Assembly (NCBI GenBank): GCA_963733295.1
Contig: CAVTCS010000003.1
Coordinates: 1,344,001 to 1,408,000 of the forward strand
DNA length: 64,000 nucleotides
Origin: Vulcanimicrobiota bacterium
GTDB lineage: Bacteria; Vulcanimicrobiota; Vulcanimicrobiia; Vulcanimicrobiales; Vulcanimicrobiaceae
Reading direction: 5' to 3'
A model generated the notes under the pieces. It was not told the origin of the DNA. It saw only the letters and a program-made list of their open reading frames with translations, and made no database searches. Below are positions 27,473-37,522 of this stretch, piece by piece. Each line of letters begins with the position of its first letter. Within the stretch, counting starts at the first letter, position 1. The position numbers were made by a program, and so were the translations under genes.

Positions 27473-28627
27473 TTAGAAGACTCCCTTCCCGCTCACGATG
27501 TTTGCAATGTCGTGGAACGCGACCGAAACCATCAGCACCATGAGAACTGCCATACCCGTAACGTGAACGAGCGCTTCCTTTTCGGCATCGACCGGACGGC
27601 CGCGCAGCATCTCGGCCAGAATGAACAGCGCCCTTCCGCCGTCCAGCGCGGGGATCGGCAGCAGGTTGAAAATGCCAAGCGCGATCGAGATCGCCGCGGC
27701 GAGTTGTAAGTAGGGTCCCCAGCCGATGTCCTGATAGGCCGAGGCCGCGCGTTCCATGCCGATCACGCCGCTCATCTGTGGCCCGCGCTGGATCGGGTGC
27801 GCGATCAGATCGGCCAGCGCGCCGAGTTGGCCCACCGTCTGGTCGCGCATCTCGAGTCCCGCGACCGCGAACGCGTCGATCGGACCGACCCGCTTGTAGA
27901 TCGGAGTCCGTTGGAATCCGATCTGTCCGACTGCCTTGCCGCCGTCGTTTACCTTATCGGGGGTGACGGGCACCGTCGACTCGACACCCTCCCGCGAGTA
28001 GGTGAGTTGGAGCGGGACGCCGGCCGAGTTCCGGATCTTCTCCACGATCGCATCGCCACTCCCCAAGCGAACGCCGTCGATGGCAACGATCTCGTCGCCC
28101 ATGCGCAAGCCCGCGCGCATCGCGGGCGAGTTCGGCTTCACGGGACCGACCTGCGCCGTGAAACCGTTCGTCGGAACTCCGAACGCGAAGGCACCGATCG
28201 CGAAGATCGCATAGGCGAGAATCAAATTGGCGATTGGGCCGGCGACCACGATCGCAAGACGCTGCCACGTCGTCTTGCTCTGAAAATTGTCACTTTGCGC
28301 GGGGCTGCCCGTGGCACGGAAGGCCCGCTGCTGCTCGGCCTCGTTCGTGCGGCCGTCTTCACCCTGCATCGCGCAATAGCCACCGATCGGGAGCAGGTTC
28401 AAACGGTAATTGGTCCCGCTGCGCGGCGAGGTCCACTTGAGCAGCGTCGGCCCAAAGCCGACCGCGAAATCGTTGACGCGCACGCCGTTGCGCCGCGCAA
28501 TCAAGAAGTGACCGCCTTCGTGCAGCACGACGAGAATCGACAGCATCATGAGGAAGACGAGGATTTTTCCGAGCCCCTCGAGGCCGGGGATCGGGGTCGC
28601 GAGCGCGAGGGTCAGCGGTAGCATCAT
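27473..28627 (-). CDS. rseP: RIP/M50 intramembrane metalloprotease with PDZ domain
   Basis: HEGGH, PIGGY, AGPIAN, FNLLPIPALDGG. Confidence 0.92.
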   Translation of the reverse strand: MMLPLTLALATPIPGLEGLGKILVFLMMLSILVVLHEGGHFLIARRNGVRVNDFAVGFGPTLLKWTSPRSGTNYRLNLLPIGGYCAMQGEDGRTNEAEQQRAFRATGSPAQSDNFQSKTTWQRLAIVVAGPIANLILAYAIFAIGAFAFGVPTNGFTAQVGPVKPNSPAMRAGLRMGDEIVAIDGVRLGSGDAIVEKIRNSAGVPLQLTYSREGVESTVPVTPDKVNDGGKAVGQIGFQRTPIYKRVGPIDAFAVAGLEMRDQTVGQLGALADLIAHPIQRGPQMSGVIGMERAASAYQDIGWGPYLQLAAAISIALGIFNLLPIPALDGGRALFILAEMLRGRPVDAEKEALVHVTGMAVLMVLMVSVAFHDIANIVSGKGVF

Positions 28628-28649
28628 CTTCCTATTTTCGGTTCTCGGT

Positions 28650-29840
28650 TCAGTTCGCCGCAGCCGCGGAGCGCGCCTCGACCGCCACCTGCGCCCGCTC
28701 CCGCGCCCGGCGGTCGGCCGAGCGAAGCGAATCGAGCGAGAGGGGCTCGTCCGGCGTCGCCGCCATCGCTGCCCCGACGACCTCAGGAATCTCCCCGAAG
28801 CGGATCTTACCTTCTACAAACGCGGCAACGGCGATCTCGTTTGCGGCCGACAGGGCCGCCGGAACCGTCCCGCCCCGCCGCAAGGCCTCGTAGGCGAGGC
28901 CGAGACAGGGGAACCGCGCGTCGTCGGGCCGCTGGAACTCCAGGCGGGCAGGCTCGTCGCCCTGGGAACCCAGCATCGCCAGAGCGTCCTGGGCCTCTCG
29001 CCGGTCCGGTAGCCGGTCAGGATACGCCATCGCGTAGCCGATCGGCAAACGCATGTCGGGGGGTGCCAACTGAGCCTTGACGTTGCCGTCGGTGAAGATC
29101 ACAAATCCGTGCGCGACGCTGGTGCGGTGAACGAGCACGGCAATTCGTTCGCCCGGTACTCCGAAGAGCCGGCTCGCCTCGATCACTTCTAACCCCTTGT
29201 TCATCAACGAAGCGGAGTCGATCGTGTTCTTCGTGCCCATCTGCCAGGTCGGATGGCGCAACGCGTCGGCCGGCGACGCATTGCGAATCGATTCGGCATC
29301 GAGCGACCAGAAGGGTCCGCCGGAAGCGGTTAAGACCAGCGTTGCGATGCGCTCGCGCGGTTCGCCGACGAGGCACTGAAAGATCGCGCTGTGCTCGGAA
29401 TCGACCGGGATGATCTCGGCTCCGCTTCGCGCCGCAGCCGCGACCAGCAATTCGCCAGCGGCGACGATCAGTTCTTTGTTCGCGACGGCGATCCGTTTGC
29501 CGCGTTCGACCGCCGCGAAAACCGCATCGAACGCCACCGCGCCGTCAGTCGCGGCCAGCACGACGTCGGCTCCGCTTTCAGCCGCCACCATGAGCAGACC
29601 GGCCGCACCGTGAGCGACTTGCATCGCAGGGGGCAACTCGAGGCGCAGCCCTTCTACCGCGTTCACGTCGCCGCACGCAACGAAGTCGGGGGAGAAGCGT
29701 CGCGCTTGTTCGAGCAACTCGGCCGTCCGCTTTCCGGCGGCTAAGGCGACGACGCGAAAGCGGTCCGGGTGGCGCGCGATGACGTCAAGGGCCTGCGTTC
29801 CGATCGATCCCGTCGAGCCGAGAATCGCGACGTTCTTCAT
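28650..29840 (-). CDS. dxr: 1-deoxy-D-xylulose 5-phosphate reductoisomerase
   Basis: MKNVAILGSTGSIG, ANKE, PVDSEHSAIFQ, LTASGGPF, HPTWQMG, NKGLE. Confidence 0.96.
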   Translation of the reverse strand: MKNVAILGSTGSIGTQALDVIARHPDRFRVVALAAGKRTAELLEQARRFSPDFVACGDVNAVEGLRLELPPAMQVAHGAAGLLMVAAESGADVVLAATDGAVAFDAVFAAVERGKRIAVANKELIVAAGELLVAAAARSGAEIIPVDSEHSAIFQCLVGEPRERIATLVLTASGGPFWSLDAESIRNASPADALRHPTWQMGTKNTIDSASLMNKGLEVIEASRLFGVPGERIAVLVHRTSVAHGFVIFTDGNVKAQLAPPDMRLPIGYAMAYPDRLPDRREAQDALAMLGSQGDEPARLEFQRPDDARFPCLGLAYEALRRGGTVPAALSAANEIAVAAFVEGKIRFGEIPEVVGAAMAATPDEPLSLDSLRSADRRARERAQVAVEARSAAAAN

Positions 29841-29953
29841 TGATACGGGGGGTGAACCCCCCAAACCCCCGGTGCGGACTCCCGCACCCGTCCGTGCTCC
29901 AAGCGCCGTTTGCGCTGCGGGTCACCGACCCGCTGCGCGCAAAGAGTGTGGAG
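29840..29953 (-). repeat. Dispersed multi-hairpin repeat, copy 2
   Basis: Reverse-complement match to 17722-17834; sits in the cdsA-dxr spacer and abuts the dxr ATG. Confidence 0.9.
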
Positions 29954-29992
29954 CTTTTGGAATTGAGTTTTCATGACGCAGGTGGACGGCAC

Positions 29993-30832
29993 TTAATGCG
30001 GGGGGATGTGGCCGGTTAACCACATTGCGAAATAGAAGGCGATGCCGCCGAAGATGTACGAGTCGTACCGGTCGAGCATGCCGCCGTGACCCCAGAGCAG
30101 CGTACCGGCGTCTTTTACAGCGGCGTCGCGCTTTAGCGCCGATTCGACGAGGTCGCCGGCTTGAGCCGCGATGCTTGTGATCGCACCGGCTAAGAGACCC
30201 TGCCACCATTCGAGTCCGAGTTGGGGAACCAGTCCGAGCGCAGCGCCGACGGCGCAGCTCGCGACGAGGCCGCCGATCGCGCCTTCCCACGTCTTGCGCG
30301 GCGAGATCGGCGAAAGCGGCGTCCGGCCGATCGAGGTTCCGACGAGCATCGCAAAGATGTCGGTCGCCGCGATCAGCAAGATGCTCGCCACGGCGAGTTC
30401 GGCGCCGACGCGCGGCAGCGTGCGAAGCACGATGAAATACGAACCGAGCCAGCCGATGTAGAGAACGCCGAACAGCGTAAAGGCGCAACGCGCGAGGTAA
30501 CCTTGACGCGAGCCGATGAGCGCGAATGCCACCGACAAGATGATCGTCGCGCCGAGCAAGGGCCGCTCGTATTGATGCTGCAAGCCGAATGCGGTCAACA
30601 GGATATAGCCGGCGACCCCGAGCGCCGCCACCGGCAGAACGATCCCCGGACCCTTGCGTGCCGAAAGTTGCGCGAACTCCCACAGCGAGGCGAGCGCCAC
30701 GAACAAGAGAACCAGCGTGAACGTTTGCAGCGTAGCCGCGGACGCGACGACCGCGACGCCGAGTAGCGTTCCGGTTATCGTACGACGGGCCAGTTCGGGG
30801 ATGCGCTGCGTGCGCGACGCGGTAGCCGTCAG
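29993..30832 (-). CDS. cdsA: Phosphatidate cytidylyltransferase; start uncertain (CTG 30832 proposed)
   Basis: ISPRKTWEG, GDLVESALKR...VKD.G.LL.GHGGMLDRYDS. Confidence 0.93.
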   Translation of the reverse strand: MTATASRTQRIPELARRTITGTLLGVAVVASAATLQTFTLVLLFVALASLWEFAQLSARKGPGIVLPVAALGVAGYILLTAFGLQHQYERPLLGATIILSVAFALIGSRQGYLARCAFTLFGVLYIGWLGSYFIVLRTLPRVGAELAVASILLIAATDIFAMLVGTSIGRTPLSPISPRKTWEGAIGGLVASCAVGAALGLVPQLGLEWWQGLLAGAITSIAAQAGDLVESALKRDAAVKDAGTLLWGHGGMLDRYDSYIFGGIAFYFAMWLTGHIPPH

Positions 30833-31569
30833 CTCGCTCCCGCCGAACGCACGCGCGACTGGTATTCCGCGATCGCGCGCGTGAATTCGGGCCGCCCGAA
30901 GTCCGGCCAAAGGACGTCGCTGACGTAGAGTTCGGCGTGCGCCACTTGGAACAACAAGAAGTTCGAGAGGCGCGACTCGCCTCCGGGGCGGATCAGAAGG
31001 TCGGGATCCGGCATTCCGGCAGTGTACAGGTACGACGACACCGTCGCGTCGTCGATCGCTTCCGGTTCGAGTTTCCCGGCAGCGACGTCGCCCGCGAGCT
31101 TCTCGACGGCCCGCTCGAGTTCGGCGCGAGCGCTGTAGTTGACCGCAAGGTTCAGCTGCAACCCGTCGTTTTTTGCGGTCCTCTCCATCAAGCGCTCCAG
31201 CGCTTCGCGCGAAGCACGCGGCAGAGCGCGAAATTGTCCGATGACGACGACGCGGACGTTGTTGCGGTTGAGCTCGGCGAGCTCGTTCTGCGCGAAGTAC
31301 ACCGCCAAATCGAAGAGCAACGAGATCTCGGTCTTTTCGCGCTTCCAGTTCTCGGTCGAGAAACCGTAGACGGTCAGCGTTTCGATTCCAAAATCGCTCG
31401 CCGCGCGCGAAATCTCGCGCAGCGCGAGCATCCCGCGCCGGTGCCCCTCGATGACCGGTAGCTTGCGTGCCTTTGCCCAGCGGCGATTTCCGTCCATGAT
31501 GATCGCCACGTGACGCGGCATCGCGGCGGCATCGACCTCCGCGGGCAACGGTGCCGGCGCAGCTTTCAT
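30829..31569 (-). CDS. uppS: Undecaprenyl diphosphate synthase (C-terminal RFGG out of frame)
   Basis: HVAIIMDGNRRWA, FSTENWKR, PDPDLLIRPGGE.RLSNFLL.Q, LWPDF. Confidence 0.95.
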   Translation of the reverse strand: MKAAPAPLPAEVDAAAMPRHVAIIMDGNRRWAKARKLPVIEGHRRGMLALREISRAASDFGIETLTVYGFSTENWKREKTEISLLFDLAVYFAQNELAELNRNNVRVVVIGQFRALPRASREALERLMERTAKNDGLQLNLAVNYSARAELERAVEKLAGDVAAGKLEPEAIDDATVSSYLYTAGMPDPDLLIRPGGESRLSNFLLFQVAHAELYVSDVLWPDFGRPEFTRAIAEYQSRVRSAGAS

Positions 31570-31769
31570 TTGGGAGAGTTCTCCAGGCGCTCGTAGCGTT
31601 CGTAGCCTGCGACGATCTCGCTCGAAGCGCCCTGCTCCCTTACCCGTAGGACGCGCAACGTCCCGACGCCGAGGGCCGGATACGGCGGCGCGAGGACGCG
31701 AAGGACGAGCGAGCGGTCAGCTAGAGCCGCGCGCGCCGCAACCTCGGGCAAAAGGGTCAGCACGGCCAT
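31566..31769 (-). CDS. Small hypothetical protein between frr and uppS
   Basis: 67 aa; ATGA overlap with uppS; codirectional. Confidence 0.55.
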   Translation of the reverse strand: MAVLTLLPEVAARAALADRSLVLRVLAPPYPALGVGTLRVLRVREQGASSEIVAGYERYERLENSPK

Positions 31770-31898
31770 CCGCGCCGTTTTCCACAGTCGCGGCGCTAAT
31801 ACTTCACTCCGGCCCAGGCCATCGTACTACGGCAGCCGGGGCCACTTGGCGGCGGCCACCGAACCGCCCAGCCAAGTCGGCACTTGCGCCCCTGGCGG

Positions 31899-33820
<1,922 letters not shown>

Positions 33821-33824
<4 letters not shown>

Positions 33825-34627
33825 GAAACGGCGGCCTCTTCCGGGACGGTTTCGGCTTGCACCGGTTCGGGTTCCGCGGCGGCCGGCTCGGGTTCGGCGT
33901 AGGCTTCCTCGTAGTCGCCTTCGTCGTAGCCGGCGCTCTCCGTTTCGGTCTTGCCTTCGATGATCGCATCCGAGATTTTGGAAACCATGAGCTTGACGGC
34001 TCTGATCGCGTCGTCGTTGCCGGGAATCGGATAGTCGATTTCGTCCGGATCGCAATTCGTATCGATGACGGCGATGATCGGGATCTTGAGCTTGCGCGCC
34101 TCGAGGACGGCGATGCGCTCTTTCTTCGGATCGACGATAAAGACCGCGTCGGGCAGACGGTGCATGTCTTTGATGCCGCCGAGGTAGCGTTCCAGCTTCG
34201 CGAGCTCGTCGCTCAGCCGCCGCACTTCCTTTTTCGGAAGCATGTCGAAGGTGCCTTGAGCGCGCATGCCCTCGAGTTCGCGCAGACGTGCGATGCGGCG
34301 TTGAATCGTCGCGAAATTCGTCAACGTCCCGCCGAGCCAGCGCTCGTTGACGAAGAACGTGCCGGCGCGCTCAGCCTCTTCCTTCACGACGTCCTGCGCC
34401 TGTTTCTTGGTGCCGACGTAGAGAATGACTTTATTGTCGCGAGCCATCTGTTTGACGGTCGCATAGACTTCGCGCAGCATCAGCACCGTCTTCTGCAGAT
34501 CGATGATGTAGATGCCGTTGCGCTCTTGAAAGATGTACGGCTTCATCTTCGGATTCCAGCGCCGCGTCTGGTGACCGAAGTGCACTCCCGCTTCGAGGAG
34601 CGCTTTCATTGAAATAACGGACGTCAA
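33821..34627 (-). CDS. rpsB: 30S ribosomal protein S2 (TTG 34627; alternative ATG 34609)
   Basis: [44 protein letters not shown]. Confidence 0.97.
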
Positions 34628-34730
34628 GAAAGGGACCTTTCTGACCCCTCGCCGGCGGCGTCCCTGCCGCAGACGACATACGGGATCATCGCATCCAGCC
34701 TCCTTGCCGGATGAAATGGGCAACTATGGG

Positions 34731-34741
34731 AGTATAGCACA
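34731..34741 (-). promoter_or_regulatory. Extended -10 promoter (TGTGcTATACT) for the rpsB operon
   Basis: About 100 nt upstream of rpsB; the same 12-mer occurs upstream of phoU. Confidence 0.6.
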
Positions 34742-34787
34742 GCCCGCCGCGGCGCTCAAAGGTCGCAGGACTAGCCTGCAGCGGCCG

Positions 34788-34982
34788 TCAGCCGACCTTT
34801 TGACGCGGCTGGCGCTCCCCACCGCGGGCGATCTCTTCGTAGATCTCGGCCCGGTGGACGCTCACCTCGCGCGGCGCTTCGATGCCCAAGCGCACCTGGT
34901 CCCGGTCGACCGAAACGATCACGACCCGAATGTCGTCCCCGATGACGATGGCCTGGTTCGGCTTACGGGTGAGGACCAACAT
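34788..34982 (-). CDS. csrA: Carbon storage regulator CsrA
   Basis: [44 protein letters not shown]. Confidence 0.95.
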   Translation of the reverse strand: MLVLTRKPNQAIVIGDDIRVVIVSVDRDQVRLGIEAPREVSVHRAEIYEEIARGGERQPRQKVG

Positions 34983-35124
34983 GGTGGACTGCCTCCATTC
35001 GCCCGCGACTCGTAGCACCCCGCAGCGTCAGATAGGTCCTTGTGCCCAACGAAGCAAGCCCTGCCTCGGGCGGCCTCGCCGGGCCTTCTCCGGCGGCTTC
35101 CTGGCCGGGCACTGAGGCCTTCGG

Positions 35125-36891
35125 CTACGTTGCGAACTGGGTGGCGTGGAGGCGGGCATAGCGACCGCCGCGTGCCAGCAGGACGTCGTGCGATCCGACC
35201 TCGACGACGCGCCCGGCTTCGATATAAAGGATCTTGTTGGCGCGGCGGATCGTCGACAGCCGGTGCGCGACGATGAGGGTGGTGCGGCCCGGCAGGAGCC
35301 GGTCGAGCGCGATCTCGATCAGGCGCTCGGAGTGGCTGTCGAGCGCACTGGTCGCCTCGTCCAAGATCAACACGCGCGGATCGCGCAGCACCGCCCGCGC
35401 GATGGAGATGCGCTGGCGCTGTCCGCCGGAGAGGCGGATGCCGCGCTCGCCGACCGGCGTCTCGTAGCCCTGCGGCAAATCGAGGATGAACTCTTCGGCA
35501 TTCGCTTCGCGCGCGGCGACTTCGACCTCGTCTTGAGTCGCGTCCAGGCGCCCGTAACGAATGTTTTCGGCGATCGTTCCGCTGAACAGCAGCGCCTCTT
35601 GCGGCACGATCCCGATCGCCCCGCGCACCTGCGCGAGGCGGAGCTTTGCAAGGTCGGTGCCGTCGAGCGTGATGCGTCCGACTTGCGGTTCGTAAAAGCG
35701 CGGCACGAGATTCACGATCGTCGTCTTGCCCGCTCCCGACGGTCCCACGAGCGCGACGATTTCGCCAGCCTCGATCACGGCACTCAGATCGTGCAGCACC
35801 GGCGCGGCGTTGCCGTAAGCGAAGGTCACGTGCTCGAAGCGCAACTCGCCCTCGATTCGTTCGAGGTGCACGGCGTCGGGCCGGTCGTCGCGCTCGATCG
35901 GAAGGTCGAGCACTTCGTACACGCGCGCGCCTCCGACCAGCGCTTTCGAGAGGTCGCCCAAATACGTTGAGAAGCGGTTGAGCGGATTGATGGCGAGAAC
36001 GACGGCCGTCCAGAAAGCGATCGTGGAAGACTCGTCCATTCGCCCGACGACGACTTCGCGCGCCGAGAAGGCGACCACGGCCAGGAGCGCCACGACGATG
36101 ATCATCGCGACGACCGGAGTTTGCGTCTGTCCCAGCTGCGTCAGCTTCATGTACGCGCCGAAGTAGCGCTCGTTGAGATCGGCGAAGCGCGCCACTTCGT
36201 AATCCTCGCGTCCGAACGCCTTGACGATCCTCTCCCCCGCGAAGACCTCGGACATCCCCGCCGACAGATCGGCGATGCCTTGTTGCGCGCCTCGGGTACT
36301 GTTCGAAATCAGACGCGTGAACGTCGCTACCGCGAAGTTGACCACCGGGGCGAAGACAAGCAGGAAGAGCGCCAGCAGCCAGTCGGTGTAGATCATGTAG
36401 GCGAGCGCGCCGACGAACGTGATCACGGTCTGCACCATCTGCGGGAGCGAGATGCTGACGGCATCGGTCATGAGGGCGAGATCGCTCGTCGAACGGGCGA
36501 GAAAATCGCCGGGCCGCCACTTGTCGAACTCGCCGAGGGGCAAGTGCAAGACGCGCGAGAACATGCGCACCCGCAGGCTCGCGATCAGTTTTTGCCCGCT
36601 CCAGGCGGTCAGATAGTTTTGACCGTACGAGGCGGCGTTCGAGACCAAGTTGACGACGAACAGCCCGACGATCACCTCGTAAAGGATCGTCATATCGTGC
36701 CGCCGATCGTCGATCACGCGCGAGACGATCAGGGGAAAGGCCTTGGCGTAGGCGAGCGGCCCGAGGCCTGCGACGACTCCCAGCAAGAGGGAGAGAGCCA
36801 GGCGCGGGTAGTAGGGCCGGGCCTCGTCGAGCAGGCGGCGCAAGATCCGATTGCGCGAAACCTTCGCCTCGGCTGCGGGGTACATGGGCAC
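35125..36891 (-). CDS. ABC exporter, permease + ATPase (MsbA-like)
   Basis: TM domain followed by GPSGAGKT, LSGGQRQR, ILDEATSALD, AHRLST. Confidence 0.92.
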   Translation of the reverse strand: MPMYPAAEAKVSRNRILRRLLDEARPYYPRLALSLLLGVVAGLGPLAYAKAFPLIVSRVIDDRRHDMTILYEVIVGLFVVNLVSNAASYGQNYLTAWSGQKLIASLRVRMFSRVLHLPLGEFDKWRPGDFLARSTSDLALMTDAVSISLPQMVQTVITFVGALAYMIYTDWLLALFLLVFAPVVNFAVATFTRLISNSTRGAQQGIADLSAGMSEVFAGERIVKAFGREDYEVARFADLNERYFGAYMKLTQLGQTQTPVVAMIIVVALLAVVAFSAREVVVGRMDESSTIAFWTAVVLAINPLNRFSTYLGDLSKALVGGARVYEVLDLPIERDDRPDAVHLERIEGELRFEHVTFAYGNAAPVLHDLSAVIEAGEIVALVGPSGAGKTTIVNLVPRFYEPQVGRITLDGTDLAKLRLAQVRGAIGIVPQEALLFSGTIAENIRYGRLDATQDEVEVAAREANAEEFILDLPQGYETPVGERGIRLSGGQRQRISIARAVLRDPRVLILDEATSALDSHSERLIEIALDRLLPGRTTLIVAHRLSTIRRANKILYIEAGRVVEVGSHDVLLARGGRYARLHATQFAT

Positions 36892-36919
36892 GTCACACTC
36901 GTTCGCCGGAGATACCCGC

Positions 36920-37522
36920 GTGGACTGTTACTTCCACAAAGCCGTTCCGTCCGTAGCTGTTTGCCGCGACTGCCAAAAGACGATATGCGCGACCTGCCGC
37001 GACGAGCAGGGGCTCTGCCCCGGCTGCCGTCTCGACCAGCGGATCAAGTCGGCGCAGTCGGCTCGCGCCGGCCTCGGGGGCCAAGTCGGACCTTCCAATC
37101 CGCCACCGCCGCCACCGCCTCAATCGAACCGCGCGCCGCAAGCCCGCACCACCGCGACGCTTGCGGTCATGTCACCCGAGACGCGCGGACTGCTCGCTTT
37201 CGGCTATCCGCTCTGGCCGCTTGCGGCGCTCGCACTTCTCGACCCGAAACGTTCGCCGCAAGTTCGCCGGCAAGCGCTTCAATCGCTGGCCTTCAACTTC
37301 GGATCGTACGCACTGATCCTGTCGCTCGGCGTCATCGCGCACATCCCGGTTCTGGGTTGGAGCGCTTTCCCGTTGTTCGTGCTCGGTTTTCCGATCTGGT
37401 TCGTGCTGAGCGTGATCTACGGCGTGCAGGTTTGGCACGGCGACGACGTGCGCATCCCCATCATCAGCGACTGGCTCGACATGCGCGAAGCGCGCTCTCA
37501 AGAGACGGCGCGCGCCCGGTAA
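36920..37522 (+). CDS. B-box-like zinc finger + poly-Pro linker + DUF4870-like membrane domain protein
   Basis: CYFH..CRDC..ICATC..CPGC; PPPPPPP; RRQALQS and hydrophobic helices; GGAGA RBS before GTG 36920. Confidence 0.72.
   Translation: MDCYFHKAVPSVAVCRDCQKTICATCRDEQGLCPGCRLDQRIKSAQSARAGLGGQVGPSNPPPPPPPQSNRAPQARTTATLAVMSPETRGLLAFGYPLWPLAALALLDPKRSPQVRRQALQSLAFNFGSYALILSLGVIAHIPVLGWSAFPLFVLGFPIWFVLSVIYGVQVWHGDDVRIPIISDWLDMREARSQETARAR

Noticed and set aside
17722..29953. CRISPR array or composite transposon bounded by the two inverted repeat copies
   Set aside because: There is no repeat-spacer periodicity and no cas or transposase gene; the enclosed genes are core (proS, ispG, dxr).
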